Part shown: in pieces, positions 56,313-64,000 of the stretch
How the letters are laid out: the number at the start of each line of letters is the position of its first letter
Numbering within the stretch: the first letter of the stretch is position 1
From: an uncultured Actinomycetota bacterium
GTDB taxonomy: Bacteria > Actinomycetota > Actinomycetes > Propionibacteriales > Nocardioidaceae
Assembly (NCBI GenBank): GCA_963825275.1
Contig: CAWGSW010000005.1
Coordinates: 34,171 to 98,170 of the forward strand
Direction: 5' to 3'
DNA: 64,000 bases
Position numbers and translations under genes: made by a program
The notes under the pieces: generated by a model
Database searches by the model: none
Seen by the model: the letters and a program-made list of their open reading frames with translations, nothing else
What the model was told of the DNA's origin: nothing

Positions 56313-57587
56313 ATGCCGCGCTCAGTCCCGGGCAGCACCGCCCGCACGTCCGTCCGTCCGCTCGTGATGGGGCTGGTGACGCTGCTGGTGTCCGTGCTGA
56401 CGGCGACGGCCGGCCCCGCCCACGCCGCAACCACCCCGACGCCGGACGACGTACGCCGCGCGGTGTTCGTCGGCAACAACTGGGACGGCACCGCCGACAT
56501 CCTGGCGCCCGGCACCTTCAAGCGCCTCGGGCGGATCAACGTGATCCCCGACTACGACGAGCGCATGCAGGAGATCGCGACCACCCCGGACCGGTTGGCC
56601 TACTTCCTGGCCATCCGCGAGCTGATCGGCGAGGGCCACGACCAGTTCGTCGACGACATGTACTCCTCCAACGACGGCACCCTCCTGGTGGTCTCGCGTC
56701 CGTCCTTCGCGGACGTCGTCGCGATCAGCCTGCAGACCAGGCAGATCGTGTGGCGCTTCCCGGTCGCCGGCTACCGCTCGGACCACATGGCGATGTCGCC
56801 CGACGGCAGGCGGGTCGTCGTGAGTGCCTCGACCGCCAACGTCGTGCACGTGCTGCGCGTCGCCGACGGCAAGGAGATCGGCCAGTTCCCGTCCGGGGGG
56901 TCGCCTCACGAGAGCGTCTTCATCGACGGCGGGAAGAAGATCCTGCACGCGAGCATCGGCATGGTCTACAGCCCGGTCGACCAGCCGGAGGCCGACGCGA
57001 CCAAGCAGGAGCGGGTGCTGCAGATCGTCGATGCCAGGACGTTCGAGGTGCTGCGCAGGTACGACCTGCGCAAGGCGCTCGACGAGCGCGGGATGAAGGA
57101 CACCAGCACCGCGGTGCGTCCGATGACGCTGTCACCGGACGAGAAGAAGTTCTACTTCCAGCTGTCGTTCTTCCACGGCTTCGTCGAGCTGGACCGGGCC
57201 TCGGGCAAGATCACCCGGGTCAAGCACCTGCCCAACCTGGTGAAGGACACCCCGCGCGAGCAGTACCTCCTCGACTCCGCCCAGCACGGGATCGCCATGA
57301 ACCCCCGCGGGACCAAGATCTGCGTCGCCGGCACCATGTCCGACTACGCCACCGTCGTGGACGCCCGCACGTTCGAGCGGGGCACGCTCATCAAGGGCGG
57401 TCTCAAGCCCTACTGGGTGACGCCGAGCTGGGACGGTCGGACCTGCTACATCTCCTGGAGCGGCTCGGACAAGATCTCGAAGATCTCCTACCGCACCGGC
57501 CGGATCACCCAGAGCGTCGCGGTGGGCGACCACCCGCAACGGGTCCGCAACGGCTTCGTCGCGACCTCGCTCGTGGACGGGCTCTGA
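56313..57587 (+). CDS. Secreted YncE-like beta-propeller protein
   Basis: Signal peptide ending AHA-A; repeats DHMAMSPDG, PHES, TLSPDEKK, HGIAMNP, PYWVTPSWDG, HPQRVR. Confidence 0.7.
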   Translation: MPRSVPGSTARTSVRPLVMGLVTLLVSVLTATAGPAHAATTPTPDDVRRAVFVGNNWDGTADILAPGTFKRLGRINVIPDYDERMQEIATTPDRLAYFLAIRELIGEGHDQFVDDMYSSNDGTLLVVSRPSFADVVAISLQTRQIVWRFPVAGYRSDHMAMSPDGRRVVVSASTANVVHVLRVADGKEIGQFPSGGSPHESVFIDGGKKILHASIGMVYSPVDQPEADATKQERVLQIVDARTFEVLRRYDLRKALDERGMKDTSTAVRPMTLSPDEKKFYFQLSFFHGFVELDRASGKITRVKHLPNLVKDTPREQYLLDSAQHGIAMNPRGTKICVAGTMSDYATVVDARTFERGTLIKGGLKPYWVTPSWDGRTCYISWSGSDKISKISYRTGRITQSVAVGDHPQRVRNGFVATSLVDGL

Positions 57588-57604
57588 AACAACCCGCGTG
57601 CGAG

Positions 57605-59101
57605 CTACGGGTCGCGGGTGATCTGGAAGACCTGGCTCGCCACCGTCTGGTCGGGCTGAGCGCCGTTGCCGAGGAAGCCGTGGGCGTGCAGGCTGTCGAG
57701 CTGCTCGACCAGCGACGGGTCGTCGGAGGCGTCCACCGCAGCCGCACCGCTGGTGTAGTGGCTGAGGCTGTGGTTGTCGCCGATGTCGGTGCCCTGGGCG
57801 TCGAACTGGACGGTCACCTGCTGGGCTGAGTCCGGGTTGTCCTCACCGTCGAGCAGCGGCACCACGTCGCCCTGGTTCTCCAGCGAGAGGACGTGGGTGC
57901 CGGGCGGGAACCCGTCGACCTGTGCGGTCGGGGAGCCGGCGGTCACGACGTTGGTGACGTTGTAGTCGCTGCCCTGGCTCAGGATCGCCGCCGCCTCCAT
58001 GCCGCCCTGGGAGTGCCCGGCGAGCAGCACCGGGTCGCCGGGGTGGATGCCCGCGGCGTCCATGGCGTGCTGGATGCCCTGCAGGTAGGCGTTGTCCTGG
58101 CCGTGGATCAGCAGGAAGTTGGTGGGCATGTCCCGCACGTCGCCGTCCTGGGTCCACGGCAGCGTCGCCAGGTCGTCGGTCCCGGGCAGGTAGACGATGT
58201 GCCGGATGTGGCCGTGGCCGTCGTCGATCGTCTGGATCTCGATCGTGCCGTTGTTCTCGGGGTGCTGCTCGTCGGACAGGTCGTTGGTCTGGTCGAGGTG
58301 GGCCAGCAGGTCGGCGAGGCTCCCCGGCTGGGTTCCGCCGCTGTCGACACTGAGGTCGCTCGGCCGGACCTGGACGTCGCCGTCGTCGCCGTAGAGCAGG
58401 GCCAGCAGGCCCGCCGCCGACTCCGTGTCGGGGGTGAGCGAGGGGATCCCGAACGGGCCGCCCGGGGTGAGGGGGGTCGTGCCGTCCCAGAGGCCGTCGA
58501 GCAGGCCGCCACCGCCGTTGATCAGGTGCTGCATCACCTCGGGGTGGTCGGCGAGCCAGTCCTGCAGCGCCTCGCCACCCCCGGCGGCGTCCTCCTCGAG
58601 CTGCTGCTGCAGGGCGGGGGGCAAGTTCTGCCAGACGACGTAGGCCAGGGGCCCGACCGTCACGGCGGTGGCCAGCAGTGCCGGGATCGACGCCGTCAGC
58701 GTGAACCCGATGGCGCGGCCGACGAGGTGGTCGACGGCCTCGAACGTGAGGTGGACCAGCTCGTCGGCCTCCTGCAGGACGCGGACCGTGACCCGGATCA
58801 GCACCGCATCGGTCTCCCACCCGAGCGACTCGACCAGCACGCCGTCCGGGCCGGTCGTGGCGGCCAGGACGGCCACCTCGGCCTCGCCGAAGCTGAGCGG
58901 CGACAGGATTGCCGACTCCACCAGGTCGCCGTTGTGCAGGGTGCGCCCACCGAGCGCGGCCCAGTCCCGCAACTGGTTGCCGGCCGTGTCGTACGTCGTG
59001 GCCAGCGCGAGGACCTTGGCATAGGTCGCGGCCAGCCCCTCGGAGCCGCCGGTGATCCGGGTGATCGGTGCGGGGTCGCCCCCGCCCCCGGGTGGTTTCA
59101 T
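57605..59101 (-). CDS. Helical N-domain + alpha/beta-hydrolase/lipase (cassette A, gene 3)
   Basis: IVYLPGT (oxyanion), LAGHSQGGM (58001-58018), VVTAGSP, ENQGDVVP, NHS; complete Ser-Asp-His triad. ATGA overlap with the upstream gene. Confidence 0.8.
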   Translation of the reverse strand: MKPPGGGGDPAPITRITGGSEGLAATYAKVLALATTYDTAGNQLRDWAALGGRTLHNGDLVESAILSPLSFGEAEVAVLAATTGPDGVLVESLGWETDAVLIRVTVRVLQEADELVHLTFEAVDHLVGRAIGFTLTASIPALLATAVTVGPLAYVVWQNLPPALQQQLEEDAAGGGEALQDWLADHPEVMQHLINGGGGLLDGLWDGTTPLTPGGPFGIPSLTPDTESAAGLLALLYGDDGDVQVRPSDLSVDSGGTQPGSLADLLAHLDQTNDLSDEQHPENNGTIEIQTIDDGHGHIRHIVYLPGTDDLATLPWTQDGDVRDMPTNFLLIHGQDNAYLQGIQHAMDAAGIHPGDPVLLAGHSQGGMEAAAILSQGSDYNVTNVVTAGSPTAQVDGFPPGTHVLSLENQGDVVPLLDGEDNPDSAQQVTVQFDAQGTDIGDNHSLSHYTSGAAAVDASDDPSLVEQLDSLHAHGFLGNGAQPDQTVASQVFQITRDP

Positions 59102-60039
59102 GCCCGGACTCCCGTCACGAGGCGGGCGACCTCGACGCCGAGTCGCAGGGGCTCGACCGGCTCGACCCGCACCATCGGGGTCTGCCCGGAGGTGTGCGGG
59201 GTGAGCGCACGCCAGCCGTCGGGGAAGAGCAGCCAGCTGACCCACCCCGCCTTCCGGGAGCCCCGGCGGCCGAGGCCGGAGACGACGGTCTGCATGCGGC
59301 CGAGGGTGCTGGCGTGGAGGAGCCGCAGCTGCTCGTCGCTGGCGGCCGGCCCGAGGGGGGCCTCCGCGTCGTCGACCCGGACCCTGCCCACGTGTCGCCG
59401 GACGAGCTCGCCGAACACGTCCTCGCGGTGCAGGCGCAGCGCCTCGCCGGTGCCGAGCAGGAGCTCGTGCGGCAGCTCCACCACGCGGGCGGGTGGGGCG
59501 GCGCTGGTCGTCGGCGTGGGCACGGTGACCGCGCGGGCGAGCTCGACCTGCCAGAGGTCGTCGTCGAACCAGCCGAGCTCGAGCAGGGGAGAGCCGGCCG
59601 TCGCGAGCGTGGTGACCCGTCCCGCCCGCAGCCGCTGCCACGAGTGGACCTGCGCGATCCCGGACGCGGCGGCCGCGCGACGCACGGAGACATCCACCTC
59701 GACGAGCACCTCCGGCGCGCCGAGGACGGCCATCGCGGCCACGACCTCGGGGTGCAGCTCGCCGTCCTCGGTGAGGAGCCGCAGCTGCCGCAGCTCGGCC
59801 TCGGGGTCGGGCGCCGGGTCAGCGGCGGGAGCCTGGTCCGCCCGGGCGCCCGGGGCGTCGAGGGCGCGCAGGGTCCGTGACGGCTCGGGCAGGTGGTGCC
59901 AGGGCAGGGGGGTGTCGGTGAGCTCCGCGACGTGCTCGACGGTGGTGCGGGAGATCCGGAACCGGCGCGGCAGCCGGGCCACCGGGTCGGTCAGGGGCGG
60001 CGCCGGCGTGCCGTCGAGGCGGAGCGCGACCGCGGCCAT
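59098..60039 (-). CDS. EspG-like protein (cassette A, gene 2)
   Basis: Paralog of 54731-55657 (LPRR..., PLP, LELGWF..LW.VELAR..VP, LPHEL..GTGEALR, GWVSWLL..DGW.ALTP). TGATG overlap with the upstream gene. Confidence 0.55.
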   Translation of the reverse strand: MAAVALRLDGTPAPPLTDPVARLPRRFRISRTTVEHVAELTDTPLPWHHLPEPSRTLRALDAPGARADQAPAADPAPDPEAELRQLRLLTEDGELHPEVVAAMAVLGAPEVLVEVDVSVRRAAAASGIAQVHSWQRLRAGRVTTLATAGSPLLELGWFDDDLWQVELARAVTVPTPTTSAAPPARVVELPHELLLGTGEALRLHREDVFGELVRRHVGRVRVDDAEAPLGPAASDEQLRLLHASTLGRMQTVVSGLGRRGSRKAGWVSWLLFPDGWRALTPHTSGQTPMVRVEPVEPLRLGVEVARLVTGVRA

Positions 60040-60497
60040 CAGCGCAGCCCCGGCAGCTCGACGTCGAGCCAGTCGCGGCTGCCGGACGGCGGCGGCACGA
60101 ACCGGTCGAGCAGCTCGTCGCCGGCGTCGGGCAGCACGTGCCGGAGCCCGTCGGCCACCCCGTTGAGGATCCCGTGGCCGATGTCGGCAAGGCGGTCGCG
60201 GGCGCCGTCCACGAGGCTGCGCACCCGGTGCTCGATCGAGGCGATCAGGTCCTTGAGCCGGTCGACCTCGTGCGCGTGGTGGTCGAGGGCGTCGGCGGCG
60301 TCCTCGTGCAGGCCGGCGGTGCGGCGCAGCGCGGCGGCGCGGTCCCGGGTGCGGCGGCGCAGCGCGTCGGCCGCGAGTCCGGTCCAGTGCACCTGGTCGG
60401 CCTGGGTGACGAGGCTGTCGGCCTCGCTGCGGATGTCGGTGGCCTGGTCGCGCAGGGCGCGGGCCAGGCCGCGGATCACGGTGGTGTCGCCGTACAT
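60039..60497 (-). CDS. WXG100/PPE-like helical protein (cassette A, gene 1)
   Basis: 152 aa; MYGDT start, W38-T-G (WTGLAADAL), H..AAD.L..H..EVDRL, tail FVPPPSGSRDWLDVELPGLR; RBS GAGGAG. Confidence 0.7.
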   Translation of the reverse strand: MYGDTTVIRGLARALRDQATDIRSEADSLVTQADQVHWTGLAADALRRRTRDRAAALRRTAGLHEDAADALDHHAHEVDRLKDLIASIEHRVRSLVDGARDRLADIGHGILNGVADGLRHVLPDAGDELLDRFVPPPSGSRDWLDVELPGLR

Positions 60498-60555
60498 CTC
60501 GCACTCCTCGGGTCCGGGTCGAGGTGATGCTGCCCGGACCCCCCGCCGCGAAACG

Positions 60556-61737
60556 TCAGTGCGGCAGTGCTGTGGACAGGCGGTCCAGGGCAATCTCGAT
60601 GTCGGCGCCCGGGCCGGCGAAGCTGAGCCGGATGAACCGGCCACCCTCGACGGTGTCGAAGTCGATGCCCGGTGCCACCGCGACGCCGGTGCGGTCGAGC
60701 AGGTCGTGGGCGAAGGCCATCGTGTCGTGGGTGAGGTGGCCGATGTCGGCGTAGACGTAGAACGCCCCGTCGGCCGGGGCCAGCTCGGTGATGCCCAGCC
60801 GGGGCAGGCCCTCCAGCAGCAGGCGGCGGTTGGCGGCGTACCTCGCGACGTGGCCGTCGAGCTCGGCGTACGACGCGTCGTCGAACGCTGCGATGCCGGC
60901 GCGCTGGGAGAGGACCGGGGGGCAGATCGTGAAGTTGCCGGTGAGCACGTCCACCGCCCGTCGCAGCCGGTCGGGCACCAGCATCCAGCCGATCCGCCAG
61001 CCGGTCATGGAGAAGTACTTGGAGAACGAGTTGAAGACGACCGCCTCCCGGCTGGTCCCCCAGGCGCTGCGCGACAGCGGGGTGTGTCCGTCGAGGGGGG
61101 CGTACTCGATGCCGTGGTAGATCTCGTCGGAGATGAGCTGGACGCCGTTCTCCTCGCACCAGGTGGCCAGCGCGGCCAGCTCGTCCGGCAGCAGCATCGT
61201 GCCCGTCGGGTTGGCGGGGCTGGCGAGGACCAGGCCCTTGAGGTCCGGGATGGCCGCGACCTGTTCGACCGTGGGCTGGAAGCGGGTCTCCGGCCCGGTC
61301 GCGATCTCGACGACCTCGCAGCCGAGGGCGCTCAGCACGTTGCGGTAGCAGGGGTAGCCGGGTCGGGCCATCGCCACCCGGTCGCCGTTCTCGAACGCCG
61401 CGAGGAACGCGAGCAGGAAGCCGCCGCTGGAGCCCGTGGTCACGACCACCTCGTCGGCGCTGACGGCGATGCCGTGCGTGCGGCGGTGGTGCCCGGCGAT
61501 CGCCTCGCGCAGCTCGAGGAGCCCGGTCGCGGGCGTGTAGCCCAGCGCGTCGCCCGAGCTGAGCAGCCGGAGCGCCTCGTCGCGAACCGGTGCCGGGGCG
61601 CCCGTGCTGGGCTGGCCCGCCAGCAGGTCGACCAGGTCGCCGTGGGTGCGCTGGCGTGCCGACGCCGCCGCCAGCAGGTCCATCACGTGGAACGGCGGCA
61701 CGTTGGCGCGGCTCGCCACCTGGAGTCGGTCGCTCAT
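60556..61737 (-). CDS. PLP-dependent aminotransferase class I/II
   Basis: GQPST, YTPATG, TTGSSG, ASPANPTG, ISDEIYHG, NSFSKYFSMTGWRIGW. Confidence 0.93.
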   Translation of the reverse strand: MSDRLQVASRANVPPFHVMDLLAAASARQRTHGDLVDLLAGQPSTGAPAPVRDEALRLLSSGDALGYTPATGLLELREAIAGHHRRTHGIAVSADEVVVTTGSSGGFLLAFLAAFENGDRVAMARPGYPCYRNVLSALGCEVVEIATGPETRFQPTVEQVAAIPDLKGLVLASPANPTGTMLLPDELAALATWCEENGVQLISDEIYHGIEYAPLDGHTPLSRSAWGTSREAVVFNSFSKYFSMTGWRIGWMLVPDRLRRAVDVLTGNFTICPPVLSQRAGIAAFDDASYAELDGHVARYAANRRLLLEGLPRLGITELAPADGAFYVYADIGHLTHDTMAFAHDLLDRTGVAVAPGIDFDTVEGGRFIRLSFAGPGADIEIALDRLSTALPH

Positions 61738-61756
61738 GTGGCCTCCTTGCTCTGCA

Positions 61757-61843
61757 GGATTCCCCGGTTACCCGGGGGTTCCTGACGTTATCGGGCGAAG
61801 CTTCGGCCGATAACGTCAGGTTTCACCGGTTGACCGGGGATCC
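61757..61843. repeat. Long palindromic element between the flavoprotein and aminotransferase genes
   Basis: Core 61781-61820 CCTGACGTTATCGG-G-CGAAGCTTCG-G-CCGATAACGTCAGG (one mismatched pair), plus imperfect outer arms GGATTCCCCGGTT / AACCGG...GGGGATCC. Confidence 0.8.
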
Positions 61844-63330
61844 CGACGCCGCGCGCCGGCCCGCACGCCGGCCGAAGAACGAGCCCTCGCCGAGCTGGGT
61901 GCCGGAGCAGTAGCCCTTGCCGTCCTGGGCGAGGTTGGAGGCGCAGGCGCCGGCGGCGTACAGCCCGAGGACCACCGAGCCGTCGGCGCGCTGGACCTCG
62001 CCGTCCACGGTGGTGCGCATGCCGCCGAGGGTGAAACCGGCATAGAGCGCGTGGCCCAGCCGCAGGTCGAAGACCGCCCACGGGCCCTTGTCCTGGGGTG
62101 CCAGCCAGTCCGGGCTCTTGTGGAAGTCGGGGTCCTCGCCGCTGCGCGGCGTACTCGTTGTAGCGGGCCAGGGTCTCCTGGAGCGAGCCGTCGGGCAGGC
62201 CCAGCCCGGACTCCATCTCCTCGACCGTCTCGTACCCGTCGAGGAACGGCACCAGCGGCATCTTCGGGTACTCCACGTGCTCGCTGTCGACGATGAGGTA
62301 CGCCGCGGAGTCGGGCTGCTCCATCACGAACTGGCTGGTGCGCGAGTGGTAGGAGTCCTCGGCCACGAAGCGGCGGCCCGCCTGGTTCACGATCAGGCCC
62401 GTCACCAGGATCGACGGGGGGTAGACCGGCGCGGTGATGAACGGCTCGTTCATGTGCTTGAGCTCCGCGCCGACGAGACGGCCGAGCCGGATGCCCAGCC
62501 CGTCGTCGTACGTCGATCCCAGCGTGAACAGCTTCGACCCGAGCGCGGGCGTGTGCTCGGCGACCATGTCCGCGTTCATCACGAAGCCGCCGGCGGCGAT
62601 CACCACGGCGCGGGCGCGCACGAGACCGGTCTCGGCGAAGCGGCGCCAGGCGAGCCCGGCGATGCCGCCCGCCGTCGTCGGTGACGAGGTGGGTCGCCCC
62701 GGTCTCGTAGCGCACCTCGACACCGGCCTCCTCGACCCGCTCGCGCAGGAGGTCCATCACCAGCCGGGTGCCCTCGGTGTCGCCGGGCACCGGGACCTTG
62801 TGGCCGCGCGGCGCGGGCACGGCCTGCTCCTTGAAGGGCCACACCTTCTCGTTGCCGGTGAACATCAGCCCCTCGGTGCCGGGCTGGATCACGGCCTTGC
62901 CGGGGAAGTAGGAGCGCTCGAACTCGAAGCCCAGCGACTCGATCCAGTCGAAGTGCTCGACCGATCCCTCGCAGTAGGCGCGGATCTTGTCGTGCTCGGG
63001 CTCCTTGGAGGTGGCGACGAGGTACTTGTACATCTCCTCGACGGAGTCCTGGTGTCCGGTGGCCTGCTGCACCGCCGTACCGCCGCCGAGGTAGAAGTGG
63101 CCGCCGGACATGCTCGAGGTGCCGCCGTGGACCGCAGCCCGCTCGAGCAGCAGCACCCGGGCCCCGGCGCGGGCGGCCTCCAGGGCTGCGCAGCCGCCGG
63201 CGATGCCGAAGCCGACCACCACGACGTCGAAGGCCTCGGCGTCCTCCGGGATCACGGAGGCGGGGAGGACCTCGGGCAGCTGGGTGCCCTTGGTCTCGAC
63301 GGTCGGTTCGCCCGGGGACGTGTCTGCCAT
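61823..63330 (-). CDS. FAD-dependent oxidoreductase, 3-ketosteroid dehydrogenase (delta4-5alpha-KSTD-like) family (frameshifts near 62680 and 62140)
   Basis: DVVVVGFGIAGGCAA, SSMSGGHFYLGGG, GLMFTGNE, IAAGGF, FTLGG, GLYAAG, SGTQLGEGSFFGRRAG; upstream KstR box. Confidence 0.75.
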
Positions 63331-63358
63331 GAGCCGAGGGTAGGCCGAGTCGGGGAAC

Positions 63359-63372
63359 TAGAACAAGTTCCA
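63359..63372. promoter_or_regulatory. KstR operator
   Basis: TAGAACAAGTTCCA is an exact match to TnnAACnnGTTnnA, flanked by further palindromic bases (GGGAAC...GTTTCCC). Confidence 0.75.
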
Positions 63373-63407
63373 GTTTCCCGACCGTCTCGCGACGCTAGCC
63401 TGTGCGC

Positions 63408-64000
63408 GTGGCAGGGTGGCAGGGGCGGGTGGGCGGCGCGGTCGAGCGGCTGACGCCCGGCTACTTCGCGCTCGTGATGGCAGACGGGCATCATCTCCGT
63501 GGGGATGCACCTGAGGGCTTCGAGGTGATCTCGGCGATCCTGTTCGTCGTCTGCGCGACGGCCTTCGTCGTGCTGGTGCTGCTGACGGGCTGGCGGCTGC
63601 ACGCCTACCGGGCGTCCGTGGTCGACGACTTCGCCGACCCCCGCCGGGCGTTCGGCTTCTTCACCTTCGTCGCGGGCACCAACGTGCTCGGGGTGCGGCT
63701 CGCGGCGCAGGGCTGGACCTCCGGGGCGGCGGCCCTGCTGGTGCGTGTCCGGCGTCCACCTGGCTGGTGCTCGGGTACGTCGTGCCCTGGACCGCCGTGC
63801 TCGGCCGGCAGGAGCGGCCGGTGATCGCGACCGCCAACGGGACCTGGTTCATCTGGGTGGTGGCCAGCCAGTCGGTCGCCGCCTCGGCGGCCAGCCTCGA
63901 GCCCGTCTTCGACGGTGCCCGACGCGAGCTCGCCCTGCTCGCGGTCGTCTCCTGGTCGGTCGGCGTCTTCCTGTACGGCGCGGTCGCCGTCTTCGTGTCG
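63408..64000 (+). CDS. Tellurite resistance/C4-dicarboxylate transporter (SLAC1/TehA) family, partial, frameshifted
   Basis: LTPGYFALVMA-TGIIS, DPRRAFGFFTFVAGTNVLG, ANGTWFIWVVASQS; runs off the window. Confidence 0.8.

Noticed and set aside
57605-59101. Classical polymorphic toxin with a downstream immunity gene
   Set aside because: No small co-directional ORF follows the lipase; the next gene is convergent. Toxicity is untested.

Overview
High-GC actinobacterial chromosomal DNA; Nocardioidaceae-like is my inference from gene content, GC and ORF style. Core blocks: glgX-treY-treZ (glycogen to trehalose), acyl-CoA dehydrogenase-VIT1-thpR, three-gene transhydrogenase pntAA/pntAB/pntB, upp, the TIGR03941-tadA pair, lutABC, tRNA-Ser(CGA), MoxR-vWA, a PLP aminotransferase, and a 3-ketosteroid-dehydrogenase-like flavoprotein with a perfect KstR box. 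These alternate with accessory stretches of small membrane, lipoprotein and hypothetical genes (1-14.6 kb, 28.9-30.2 kb, 33.4-49.5 kb), including a truncated SigE-type gene, an IS481-like scrap and a DosR-regulon-like islet. The most striking feature is two paralogous, translationally coupled three-gene cassettes at 53.4-60.5 kb: [WXG100/PPE-like helical protein]-[EspG-like protein]-[helical N-domain + alpha/beta-hydrolase]. One copy has an intact GHSQG lipase triad; the other is a pseudo-enzyme (GSARG) with a YxxxD motif. No type VII secretion core genes are in the window. Many conserved genes carry single-base frameshifts, densest at 18.9-26.3 kb and 62-64 kb, most likely assembly/long-read errors. 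No CRISPR array, integrase or rRNA was seen. All family assignments come from motif recognition by eye, not database searches.
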